Origin: Hydrolagus affinis
Lineage: Eukaryota
Length of the DNA: 64,000 nt
Reading direction: 5' to 3'
Assembly (NCBI GenBank): GCA_012026655.1
Contig: JAAILG010000815.1
Coordinates: forward strand, 1 to 64,000
Notes under the pieces: generated by a model
Seen by the model: only the letters and a program-made list of their open reading frames with translations
The model's database searches: none
What the model was told of the DNA's origin: nothing
Translations under genes and position numbers: made by a program
In this document: positions 13,131 through 25,719 of the stretch, one piece after another
Layout: each line of letters begins with the position of its first letter
How positions within the stretch are numbered: position 1 is the first letter of the stretch

Positions 13131-15093
13131 AACGATACACATTAATAGTGAGTCATGCGGGAAATTGGAGGGTTGCATTGTCAACAGATAATGTACCATA
13201 AGGAAGTTCACAAGCTTTGATCCGTTAACAAGACTGATGTTTTCATCTTTGTATTTGTATTCCATCTCTTTTGTGAAACAATTGAGATTTTTTTAACTTG
13301 TGTCTGCAGAAAGAAGCCAAATGGATCCTACTGATAGTATTCTCACCTGGGTAATTCTTTTTTCTTGCTATAATTACTGATCTTTGGCTGCGTATCATAT
13401 GCATTTTTAAGTATCTATTTAACATGACATTTAAATGTGTAAATGTGAGGTGAGAAAATAATACTTAATTTTACATGGGAGGCAAAATACTTTGGATGGG
13501 AGAATAAGAAATACAGTTTTACATACAAGATTCCCCACTTTTTTCAATTAATTTAACAATATTCATTTAGCATCTAACACAATTCTCATTTGGATCTCTG
13601 AAACATAATTTTTTTAATGGACTTTTCTAATATGGCTATTTATAAAATTACTAATCATAGCAGTTGTTACCTCATAATTCTGTTCAACATATCAAACTGT
13701 TGCTCTTAATGAATACATTGTATTGCATAGGACCACTAGTAAAGTTTCAAACTCACTCAATCCTAAATCGCTTTGGCTTATAGTGTTGAAGTGAGTAATC
13801 AAATGCCGGCCAAAATTTCATTATGATTATGAAAGACTCAAGTTTTGTTTATTCTGAAATAAATTTCCAAGTACTGTATTAGCAATCACTCTTTTTTGTA
13901 AAAAAAAATCCCTTGAATAATGACTTTACCATTTAGTAACTGATAAAAATTAGGAAGCAATTTGACCTAATTTTTGTTGTCATGAATACCGTATTACAGA
14001 TTCCTTGAACCCTGAATAACCTGCAACTTTTTGGCCAAATAAATGTTATCCTTGGATAGGGAGTCTCAAAAGAGCCTATTTTCAAATCATTAAATGACAA
14101 TCTGTTGAAGTGAATGAGAAGTAGTTTGAATTCTGTTTGGATAAAAATGAAGTTTGGAAAACTCCTTCATAAAATTGCTTGTATTGTGAAATCTCGTAGC
14201 CAAAATACACTGCAGTGTTTGCTTGCCATTAAATCTTGTGGAGGGTCTCATTCTCTGCACCTGCTTAGCAACTTAACAACAGGGCTTTATTGTACTATAA
14301 ACAACTTAATAACTGTTTTTTGTAACAGAAGAATTTTCACCATGATCCATAAATTTTGGCCACAGGGAAGAAAATTGGTTTGCAAAGATTTCAATTCTGT
14401 TTGATCTATTCAATTTGCCTCATTCTCATAGACCTCCTTATGCCCTTTGCTTTCTGTTCGCTTTGTGATGTCTCTTTTTGAAATGTACACAGATTTGTCC
14501 ATGCCATAATGTGACATTGGGTGGCAGTGACATGACACTAATTGACAAGAGAGAGGCTATAAATGCATACTTTATCCACATTCACTAGCAGTGAAGGAAT
14601 GTGAAATGTATTTTAAGTTGGATGATTTTTTTTGTTGGCACAGTAGCACAACATGATGTGTAACTTTATATAGTACATCATTGTTTTTTTGGATACAATG
14701 AATATTAGGTGCTGCAGATTTAAAGAGCTTCAAGTATAATTAAACGATTTTTAAAAAGAATTACTCACGTTGTTTGACACTTCATTGCTGTGTGTAGAAA
14801 TGAATAGGTCAATTATAGAACATACAACACGAGGATATATGTCTCTATTAACAAAATGACTCAAACCATTCTCAGATGGATTCAGACACTTGTTTGAGTG
14901 ATTGCTCTAGGACAGCAATAAATTGTGGAATTACATTAAAAATGAAGAATAGTGTGGAACTCGTTCAAGGCTCTGACAAATTACCAAGGCTGCTAATTAT
15001 AGTCCTTAAAGACTAACTAATTTTTCTTTGCAGCTTATAGTTAGAAATAAATACTGAATAGTAATGCGCATATAAACTAGAGGGAAAAGTCAT

Positions 15094-15408
15094 TAATAAT
15101 AATCCTTGCATTTGATATAGAGCATTTCATGTCTATTAGACGTCTCAAAGTGCTTCACAGAATTCACCGTGAAGTGAATTGACAGTATATTTTGTGGGCG
15201 AAATGTGGCAGCCAATTGTGCACAGCAGTGTCCCACAAACAGGCGTGGATTGAAATGACCAATTTATTATTGTTTTTTTTAGGGATTATTGTTAGGCGTG
15301 TGGAGTAAGTAAACTTGCCCAAGGTTTCGACCTGACCTGACCTGCCTGGAATCGAACCCAGGTCTGTTGCTTGTAAGGCAAGTGCTCTAAACACTGAGCT
15401 ACAGGGCT
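15094..15408 (-). mobile_element. Full-length tRNA-derived SINE (family A, SINE2-1_CM-like)
   Basis: Reverse A box (actgagctacagg), reverse B box (ggaatcgaaccc), conserved body and (TAA)n tail. Confidence 0.92.
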
Positions 15409-15589
15409 TTACATTATTGTCAATTGTAAATGCAACACAAATGAAAACTGGTGATAGAATAATAATTCTTGATGAACTAATGTCATTTGATATCAAAATG
15501 AGCATACGTTTAATTTAGTAACTGATTAAAGTAAATGAAGCAGAGAGTGGTGATAAGAGAGTTACGTTAAAAGGGGAGTTTGAGTGGAG

Positions 15590-15733
15590 TGCTCGGGTCC
15601 ACGGCCCTTCGTCAGAATTGACTAGTGGCTCTGTTCTGACAAAGGGTCATGGACCCAAAACGTTGGCTCACTTTCCTTTCTCCATAGATGCTGCCTGACC
15701 TGCTGTGTGTTCCCAGCGATTTCTGTTTTTGTC
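15590..15733 (+). mobile_element. Penelope-like element terminal (pLTR) fragment with an inverted partial copy
   Basis: ctgacaaagggtcatggacccaaaacgtt...catagatgctgcctgacctgctgtgtgttcccagcgatttctgtttt resembles the shark Penelope end as I recall it; 23-bp inverted copy at 15595-15617. Confidence 0.7.
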
Positions 15734-16664
15734 TTAAGTACACATTGTGGGGAGTGCTTTGGAATCAAAGTTGATAGCCAACATCGTACAAAGAGCATAT
15801 GATACGTGAGCTGATCACTGCCAATCACTGTCTGTCGATGCAGACAAATCCAAAGTAGCGCATGTTGGGAATCAAATCTTGAGGCACATATATCCCTTGA
15901 ATGGAATCGAATTTGCCAAGAGAAGGTTGAACAAAATCTGGGGAGGTTAATTTATTTTTTTGCTCTGTGTGACACAGCATTAAATCAAACAAATAGGATG
16001 CCGAGAGTGACATCATTTTAATCTGTATTCATTTATATGTTAACCTCAGCAGTGACAACCCCGAGTGCATGATAAATTTTATGTGGCTTATTTTTTTATA
16101 TATGGCTAGTGGCTTTTGAACTTACTAAATCACGTTATTGTGCCTTAATTGAAAAGGGAGTTGAACGACTATTTGGAGAAGACTTCAAGTGTGAAGCAAG
16201 AGTGATAAAGTGGTGTAAAATCATTTCTGTTCTTTTGGACTAGCCAAATAGACCACAATAGCCTTTCCCTATGCAGAACATTCCTATCTTCGTATGTATG
16301 TTGTCTTTCTGGTGATTCATTATAACATCTGTGGCCAGAGGATTATTCCTTTCATGTCGTGCCACTCTTCAGGGTTTTTTATCCATCCTTTGTGGTACAA
16401 CATTGTTGAAGTTCTCACATGATTACTCTACTGCAAAAATAAAAACCTTAGTCTAGCAAACAAATGAGAGCATTCATGCACGCGAATTGTGGGTAAATTT
16501 CTGAAATTATTCATTCGGCATTGATTGCAATCTAGAGATAAAAAGGTCGGATTTAGTTCAAGGCTATCTCTCTAAATTATTCTGATAGCACTGTTAGCAC
16601 TAAAATAATAATGATTCTGATCCTCCTGGAACTAACAGATGTCAGTCAATTATCAGATTGCTTT

Positions 16665-16872
16665 CTGGGGGGTAATAATCCCTTCAAAAAAACAAATAAG
16701 TGACACTAATTTGGTCACAACTGTGTGAGGGATACTGCTGTGCGCAATTGGCTGCCGCGATTCGCCCACAAAATACAGTCAATTCACTCTGCACTGCAGT
16801 ATATTCTGTGAAGCTCTTTGAGACATATTGAAGACGTGATAAAGTGCTATATCAAATGCAAGGATTATTATG
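16665..16872 (+). mobile_element. SINE family A, 5'-truncated
   Basis: Family body (ctgctgtgcgcaattggctgccgcg) and tail atcaaatgcaaggattatta. Confidence 0.9.
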
Positions 16873-18499
16873 TATTATATGGTAAATAAATTGTATTGTA
16901 TGTGATGCACAATACAGTCACAGAAGCAACTCCCATTATAGTATTTAAGGGAATCCCTCCAACTATTGTCTGTCACAAATGAGCATTATAGGACTAGTAT
17001 TCTCAAGTTAATGAACTTTCCACTGCCCCAATAATAACATTCATGTGAAATACATTTCTAAAATGTTCTGATATCCCGTCATTCTCTCTTGCTATGAATA
17101 TGCTCCAAATCAAAGGTTCATTTGTGCCTTACAAGTCAACAGGAAGCACTGATTTCTGTAATCTTGATAATACCAAAAGCAAACCATTAACATGTTCCAG
17201 CAATGATCTATTTACTGAAAGTCTCATGCCAGGCTGGGTGTGACCGCACAAAGATCCCGGGTTGAGCTTTGAAACACAAAAGTTGCAACGTAGGTGATTT
17301 GGAAAGGAACGTTGCCTTAAATCATCTTCTTCAGTTACAAAATGAATTGCTGTAAAAGCACACTTTCTTCACAGTGGGTGCAATTTTCTGTCTATAATTA
17401 AGATAGTAATTTATGGAAAATGAGCGGCAGACATGGTTGTGTGAATATTTTCTTCTCAGACTGTTTGTTCTGGCATGGCGCAGTGCAGGATATGACTTAA
17501 TTGTAGCATTTTCATTTTTCATTTCCTTGCTAAGTTTATGGAAGATGTTAATACCAACTGTGAATACAAAGAGCAGGAAGCTAATCAGACTCGTATCTGG
17601 AAACGTGAAATTGTCCCATGGTTGAGATAAATCTTGAATCTGCACAAAAATATAGTTGATCATACTTAGGCGAGGTGAGAGTGAATAAATGGTACGTTAA
17701 ATTATTCTTTTAGTAATTCCATTCACTGATGCATACGTACACCTGTTCCTAGATATCTGAATTTAATTAGATAAACAGATTTTATAAAAGTCTCGATTCC
17801 CCTGATGCTTTTATCGGTGAATTAAAAAAGTCAACGGAATACATTAACTGTCTTTAGATTTTTATTCCATGGTAGTTAACTCATTGTTGAGTACTTCATG
17901 TAAAAACTGTGCAAAGTATTATGTCTACTCAATAACTAAATTTTAGTTGGTCATTAAATGTACGCTTACCCAGTGGGATAAAGAGGAAGTCACCAACCAC
18001 AATAGTTTGCCTTCATTTTGCCTCCTATCATTTTGGAAGTCTTCTCATTACCAATATCCAACTGCATTTTATATTTGTGTACTGTAACGTTGGTAAAACA
18101 AAAACAACTTACATTTATAAGCGCCCTTCGTGCTGGGTAGTATTTTGCAGTACTCAACAGCCTAAATATTTGGAATTAACTTGTTCATCACAGCTGCACT
18201 TAAATATAGAGTATTTCCATGAATATACTGCAGTGTAGAATATATATATATTGATGTATGTTCTTTTAGGATTAAAAATGTATATATTACTTACCTGCCC
18301 AATACAATATTTGGTCAGCTTTGTGAAATCACTGGACTGTATTGATTGTGACCCTGCAATTTAAGAAAAGGGTTGATTATGATTTGCAGTTAAAAGGTTT
18401 GGATTTCGTCCAATTAAATTAATCTGTAAATTATTCTCATAGCACTTGGTATAAACAACAGTAAAGAAGTGGACAGCACTGATGACAGTTGGGTTTTTG

Positions 18500-18900
18500 C
18501 CGTTCGCTCATGGGCTAGTTATCTCGAAAAAGGTGATGGTGGTAGGAGATCTTCTCCTTGAAACCAACGTACCAATGGTGATCCCATAATGTTATTTAAC
18601 ACAGAAGTTTTGACTCTGGTGTTAAACACCTACTAAAATCCATCCATTGCTTATTGCATTAGCCTCTTAAATCCTCTTGCACCACATGCAATGGTTTGCG
18701 AAGAATTCTTGCTCAAGTTTCTGAGTGGGATGCATGTGGAGGCAGAGTGTCTCACTGGAGTCGATTGAAAACCACACAAGCTGTCTTGCGCCACAGCATG
18801 CATACCTCCTGTTGGCTGAGCCTGAAAAGGAGTTGGAGTTAACAGCCATGGAAAATTCCTCGACTTGTTTGCTCAAACAATAAGCTGGATGAGGCTGTGC
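18500..18900 (-). mobile_element. Old CR1-type LINE 3' fragment
   Basis: aaaaggtgatggtggtagg...ctccttgaa...cccataatgttatt resembles chondrichthyan CR1 3' regions in reverse; heavily diverged. Confidence 0.4.
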
Positions 18901-19170
18901 TTGAGTTGAAGCTCACAAAAGTGAATATTTTGGTGCCATAAAAAATCATATGAAAGAAAAATGGAATCTTGATATTGAAATGAATTCACTAAACCCGTGC
19001 TTTAACGCTGGTTAACGCGGGGAAGGAATTAATATTGGTATATTAAATGAAGATAATAAAGAAATACTTTCTATAAGAAAGTTTGTGTGAGAATCTACTA
19101 GCTTTGATTCCATTGCTGCGCACAAGTGCACACAATTGCTTTGCCGAAATCAGCTTGATTGAGAGAACAT

Positions 19171-19491
19171 GGAGTCCTGTAGCTCAGTGGTTAAAGTACT
19201 CGCCTTATAAGCGTGAGACCTGTGTTTCGAATCCAGGCAGGTCAGGGTGAAACCGTGGGCAAGTTTCCTTATTCCACATGTCTAATAGTAATCCGTTCCC
19301 CCAAAAAAACTATAATAAATTGGTCATTTCAATCCACGACTGTTGTGGGACACTGCTGCATGCAATTGGCTGCCCCGTTTCGCCCACATAATATACAGTC
19401 AATTCACTCTACAGTACATTCTGTGAAGCTCTTTGATTCGTCTAAAAGACATGAAAAGCGCTATATCAAATGCAAGGATTATTATTATTAT
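19171..19491 (+). mobile_element. Full-length tRNA-derived SINE (family A)
   Basis: ggagtcctgtagctcagtggtt A box, tttcgaatcc B box, body, tail gcgctatatcaaatgcaaggattattattatt. Confidence 0.93.
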
Positions 19492-20808
19492 GTTTCTGGT
19501 TTGCACACTTCTCGGCCAGAAACCATGGTTATCAGCAAAGCAACTGCGCAGTTTGAGTTGAGATCTGACAATATAAATTGTGATGGGTGTCCTACAGTAT
19601 TAAAACTAAAACCCTATTACCCAGATAGGGGATTTTATCTTTTTTAACCTGTTATAATAATTTTTGAATTTGATATAGTGCCTTATCACATCATTGAGAT
19701 ATCTCAATGCGATTCACAGTGTCGTGGATTGACTGAGTATTTGTGGGTGAAACACAGCAGCCAATATGGAAGGAAAAGTGTTGTTGGGATTGCTGGTCCT
19801 CTGTTGTCCACGCAGCAAGTAGGACTCGATTCCTAAAAGAGAACAACACTCAATAGAATTGCGGCAGAGCTTTGCTAGGTAAATAACATGATTACCAGGA
19901 AGCTTATTTGCGAACTGTTTGTCAATTCTGTTTTGCAGAGAATTAAGAAAAGTGGAAGAATGAGAGAAAGAGAACCTGAGGTGAAATAGCCAGCCGAAGT
20001 CGGAGTCTAGGTACAGCAGACTTTAGAAGAGATTGCTTATTGCTTATGGCAGCCAACTGTAGAATCATCATCCAATCATTTATACTGTTAATCTTGATTT
20101 TTTTGGGTCAAAAATTTGTACTCAACCAGAGAGTGAAGTATATCAGTGCTGACAACCTTCAGTTTTGATACCTAAAGTCAACAACAGCAGCAACAACAAC
20201 AACAACAACAACATTACATTTGTATATAGCGCCTTCGAGTCCTCTTGGCCGGGTGCAGGCAGAATCAAGCTGTTTCTAATTTGTCCGATAACCTCACTCT
20301 CGAAAGAGAGCTTATCCCGTGCTTCACCCTGTAAAGTTATGAGCCGTGGCTTTAGCTTGTCAAAGACCAGAAGTACCCAAAGGGCACTTTAGAGTACCCT
20401 GTGCCAAAGTACCAGCACATGTTGTATTTTCCAGACATAGGAACGCGAAGGGCTTCCCTAGGGGGACGGAATTGCATCCCAGGCTGGCTTTGCTGCTGTG
20501 AGTTCTTGGAAGCTGAAACTAAAACTTCTTAAGAAGGCTCTCAGTTGACCGAACAATAATACAGTACCGTGTGCCTTTTTGGAGCAATTCAGGACATGCG
20601 GGCTGTTCGTAAGTGATGCCTGGAGAGTGAACCTAAATGCTTATAGACAGGCTTCGAAGAAGGGAGAAGCGACACAGTGAACAGATGTAAACTTTAAATT
20701 GTCGTTGGGGAAGTAAATACTATGCCGTCAACAACAACAACAAAATTACGTTTATGGAGTGCCTTTCACGTCGGGAGGAGAACAAGAACAAAAGCAGCAC
20801 TTAGTGTA

Positions 20809-20990
20809 GTAATAATAATAATAATAATCCTTGCATTTGCTACAGCGCCTCATCACATTGTCAAGTTGTCGCAGAGTGCTTCACAAGATCTATTGTAAAG
20901 TGGTTGGACTGGGTATTTTGTGGATGAAACATGGCAGCCGATTGTGCACAGCAATGTCCCACAAACAGCCAATTTGAGTGACCAATTTTA
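20809..20990 (-). mobile_element. SINE family A 3' fragment
   Basis: (TAA)n tccttgcatttg tail and ggcagccgattgtgcacagcaatgtcccacaaac body. Confidence 0.88.
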
Positions 20991-23900
20991 TTTGGGAGAT
21001 TGATGGCTAAGGCAGTGCGAGCAACTCCATACTCTTTGCGAATGCCATGGGATAAGCTGTTTTTGCTCGGATTATGTGGTGAAATGGTTTTAGGGAAATA
21101 AAAAATGGTAAGAGTGGAACAAGGAGTCAATGGCTATCACTTTCAAGCCAAAACGTGCCCAGAGTTAGGGAACAAAATATTCCGAAATTCTAGCTGTGTT
21201 ATTTCCCTATTGATGTATCCATGGCTATGAGTTGTTTGGAGATGCACGAGTTGGTTAAGGTTATAATTAATGACCAGAGAGCAGCAGTAGAAAAAGTACA
21301 AGGAAGGTAGGTAGGAAGTTTGATTACATGATGGAAAAAATAGAACGAGAAGCAGATGCACCAGATTGGAGCGCCAGAGCCAGAGTTTGGGTTTTGCTTG
21401 ACATATTTAGGGTTTCAGCAATGGGTATTGGCAGTAATCTTATAAATAGTAAAAAATGTAGGTGGATTTTGGCGATGAGAAGCATTCCAAAACAACAGGA
21501 GCAACAAATTCAAGGCCGATTATTGTGGTTTATGATTGCCTTTTTATCTCATCGGGTAAATATGCATATAGAGGCCAATCTATGTAACATTACATCTGCT
21601 GAGCTAAGATAAGTAAGGAAAACAGGCAGAATAATAGGAGGGTAGTGAGAATAGACAGTTATTGTCATACTTCAAAAGTGACTGTTGGAAGAGTAGGGTT
21701 TATGTAAAGTCTATATCAATCCAAAGGCATACGTTTTTAAACATACTCTACATCTAACTACCTGTACAAGGAATAAGCGTAGAAGGATTCTCAATCTAAT
21801 GCAGTGGTAGGTGTATAGTACAAACATGCAGGTTGGTGATAACAATGGCTGAACATTGCAAATAACTACTGTCGTATATAAGTGTGTCCCTTGGGCCCTG
21901 CTCTTTCTCCTCAAGTTGTTTATCTGCCTGTTAGCCAGTAGATTACAAGAGAAGGCTGTTGGCACCTTTGCCTGAGTTTCTGTTGGCATTACATCATATG
22001 AAATGTTTTGCTCTAGTTGAGCAATAACAGAACGCACTTGCAGTTGAGATTTCTGGGCAGTATATGCATCCATTCCTGGACTTTCTGATGGTTGATCTGA
22101 CTTAAGCAATTTATACCAAAGGAACAATTGTTGGGAACATGAAACAGACATTACATACAAAAAGGGTCACTAAGATCCTCAGCCCTGTTTTACTTGCCTT
22201 CCTCACCATGTTTCTCTGTTTTTTCCCCTCGCAGAAACAAACAGATGTGTCGCTTGTTCATTCAAAATAAGAAACAGAGACTTGTTATATATAATGTGAA
22301 GCTAAGATATTATTCATCTGTACCAACAATATGGTGGACTCCATGTTTGAATTCCTCTTTCAAAATGCCATTTTACGCTCTGAAACAGTTACAATCGATT
22401 ATAATCAGAAAATATGTACTGTCAGGACCACATCCAGAACCGGATGACTGAAAAAAATCAGAACTCAAACTCGATACAACTAAATCTAATTCAAAGACAA
22501 GAACAATAACATTCAGCAATAATTTGGTTACTTTTAATAAACCTGGCTACAAGCAAAGTGATGAAATGCTATGTAACTATTTTTTCGTTGTTTGCGTTCA
22601 CGCTTGCCCCTTCATGTTCAAGAAAAGTAATTTCATTAGGTTTTTTTTTATCAGTTTTACACAGGCAAGTATTGGCGTTAACCAGGCTTTGGATATTATT
22701 GCAACCCTCACACCTGTGTTCAGAAAGAAAGGTGGCACGAGATGTCACTGGTGACTGAGCGAGTGGATGTATATTTATTATGAGTTAAGAACAAAGTTGT
22801 TCAATATTCTACCTTCCCATCCCAAAAGGAATAGGGCGTACTGCACACTGGCACTCTCAAAATAAATGTCTGCGTAATGCTTGACTTGCTTGTTGTGGTT
22901 CTTGATAGATTAATCTCCGTGGTAACCGCATGATAAGCCACAAATTGGCCCAAATTATATGTCTTTTAAAATGTCAATTCCAACAATTGGAGATGTTTGA
23001 CTCACCTGCGTTAACAAAAGGTGAAATGGGAAAGGAATTCCAGTTATCGATGTTACTATGCTCCAAATTGCTGACAGATCCACCAACATCAACTGGTGAA
23101 ATTCAGGGTATTGTCAGAGGCCAGCCAGCTAATAAATTTTGAGTCACTAAAAAAAAAATGGGTGGGGTGGGAGGGCGGGGAACCGTACATAAATATTTTT
23201 AATGCCTAATTTGTGTTTTTGCAAAGGAAACTGTTCTTCAAACTAGAGTTGTGAATTCGATGTCAGTGCGGCAAATTGATGATTGCATGGAAAGACCAGT
23301 TTGGTGATTAGTGATATAACATTAAATCTCTCGTCCCAGAGCAATATCACGCAACCCCTATTCCCATACTTCCTGGAACTGATTGATTTATATTTTAGCT
23401 TTTTGATACTTTTCCAGATGGAAATCGCGCATTTATCCGACAAATATTTTGCCAAGACATCTGGTGTCCCCACTTCTACTCAGAAATCTGTACTCCCAGA
23501 GTATATTTATGTGTCCATAACGACTGGGTTGAATGAAAACATATAGCCTAGTTTCAATCAAGAAAGATTACAAATCATGTTTGAATTGAATGGTACAAAG
23601 CTTGTTGAATGCTACTGAAATAAATCACACTTCCTTTTTGACTAACTGTGCAAGTAGTTTTACCTTATGCATCACGACTTTGGAGTGAATTCATGGGATT
23701 CATACCATTGGGAACACTTTCATTTTGACTTTAAAGTGACAAATATTAATTGAACCTCCTATAGCAATTGGATTAGACAGTGATGGATGATTTTTTTTTT
23801 ATCAACTCTTGTCGCCTTGCAGTAAAGATGACTTAGTATACTTGCAGCTAACCCTAACTTCACAATAACACCCTCTGCCCATTCAGACCTAACTGGCCAG

Positions 23901-25194
23901 GGAATAGGCCTACTCTCTAGTTGCAGATGCATCCACAAACAACTGGGCTGAAACTACTTGCATTGAATTCACTTTTGATTTTTAAAATAATATCAAAAAG
24001 AAACAAAATGCAGCAGGAAATTACAATTGTCCAAACAAGGCCTATTCACATGGTTGTGAATAAAAGACATTGATTATGGGAACCACAGTTTCTGATGTTT
24101 CTTGTTTTGCCAATAATTGTGCATGTCCAAGGACAATAAAGATTGTTGTGGTTTTCAGATCATCAACTAAAATGCTTCCATATTTCCTTCCCTCAGTTCT
24201 GAAATAAGGTATAATTTGCAGTAAATGCCAAGTTGCAGATTTTCATGAAACCAGCTACCGAACAGATTTTCTTAGTTATTTGTGTCGGTCCTCATACAGT
24301 ACATTGTTTATTTATATTCTTGAAGAATATCCTATTCCCTATGTGCTTTGTATTCAAAATGTCAAAGTTGGATGCACTGTGAATATTTGAGAGTCTGGAC
24401 ACATGGGAGTGCAAAGGATATCAAAATATTACCTGGCTAAAATTCTAGTGATGGCTTTAACGATCTCTTGTCATTGCCAATGTGTACTTAAATATTTTAA
24501 TATAATTGAAAATTCTTCCATTGAGTTATGAAAATTGCTTTCAAAATACGATGCATTTTTGAGGTTGCTGAACAATGTGCAATTTTCGTAAGTGCATTAG
24601 GATTAAAGCAAAGAAGTGCAGTGTGCCGCATTTAAATGTATAGTTTTATGCCAAAATAAATTGGAAATAATTGCCACCAGTGCTTATTTAGGACTCAAAT
24701 GTTTCCATATTTGCTTTCCTAAACTTTGAAATGTATATTTCTCAGACCTTATGCTTTTCACCGTAGGAGTTGTCTGATTTCGAAATGAACAGAATTTCTT
24801 TACAAATCCATCTATAATTTTAAAATCAAGCCCGGATTTCTGGTTCAATGGTTTAAACCTCTGGATGTCTTTAACCTTTTGCTGTAGTGTTGAAGGTAAT
24901 GATGTGCATAAAGCACTTTTTTGCTCTTAGTTTGTTTTCCCTCCTTCAAGGCAGTGATTTACTCCGAGTTGTGGTTCAATGGAATGCATCTACACGGCTG
25001 TACCTCATCCAAGTTTGGGATTTTTTCTTTAGTTTAACTAGACAGTGAATACTGGCAAGTTATTCTATGACGGAGTGGTGCAAACGAGTCTCATTCTGTT
25101 CTCATGCAACGATATATATACATAATTTTAAATGGAGTTGAAAAGATAAACCGAGAACATTACTTTCAGATGCACCAAATCAACAGAATAAGGG

Positions 25195-25410
25195 GATATG
25201 CGTCCAGAGTTGCAAAGGGCAATTTTCGGGACCTATTTCTGTACCCAGAAGGATAATTAGTGATTGGAATAGGTTACCAGGAAGGCTGGGAAACGGGACA
25301 CATAAGAAACTTGATGTTGCCGTGATGGGAAATTGGGGAGTATTCTGGAAGGATAAAAACAAATGGGTTTTAAGGATCTTCGTCTTTCGATTCCCTCTTG
25401 TGATCTTATA
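25195..25410 (+). mobile_element. CR1-like LINE 3' fragment
   Basis: acccagaagg...tggaataggttaccagg resembles the CR1 ORF2 end (TQRVV..WNxLP); degenerate. Confidence 0.45.
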
Positions 25411-25414
25411 GCTC

Positions 25415-25719
25415 AGTCCTGTAGCTCAGTGGTTAGAGCACACACCTTACAAGTGAGAGACCTGGGTTCAGTTCCACGCAGGTCAGGGCAAAACCTTGGA
25501 CAAGTTTCCTTATTCCACACGCCTAATAATAATCCCTCAAAAAATAAACAATAGTAAATTACATTGCAATCCACGACTATTTGTGGGACACCAGCTGTGC
25601 GCAATTGGCTGCCATGTTTTACCCACATAAAAGCATTCTGTGAAGTGCTTTGAGACGTCTAGAAGATGTGATAGATGATGTGATAAGGCACTATATCAAA
25701 TGCAAGGATTATTATTATT
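25415..25719 (+). mobile_element. Full-length tRNA-derived SINE (family A)
   Basis: agtcctgtagctcagtggttagagcacacaccttacaagtgagagacctgggttcagttcc head; family tail. Confidence 0.93.

Noticed and set aside
18990-19022. Short GC hairpin cccgtgctttaacgctggttaacgcggg, possibly a Helitron/Helentron end
   Set aside because: Imperfect stem, and no CTRR terminus or partner end found
19171-19245. tRNA-like sequences (also at 15340-15408, 25415, 46294, 61040-61115, 5290)
   Set aside because: They are SINE heads: no complete cloverleaf, and each runs into the SINE body and tail
19213-19647. Recurring peptides such as [12 protein letters not shown] in many ORFs
   Set aside because: Translations of the SINE tail, not a protein family
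23243-23546. Overlapping 76- and 87-aa ORFs with an acceptor-like ttccag|ATG
   Set aside because: No homology recognised; weak donor
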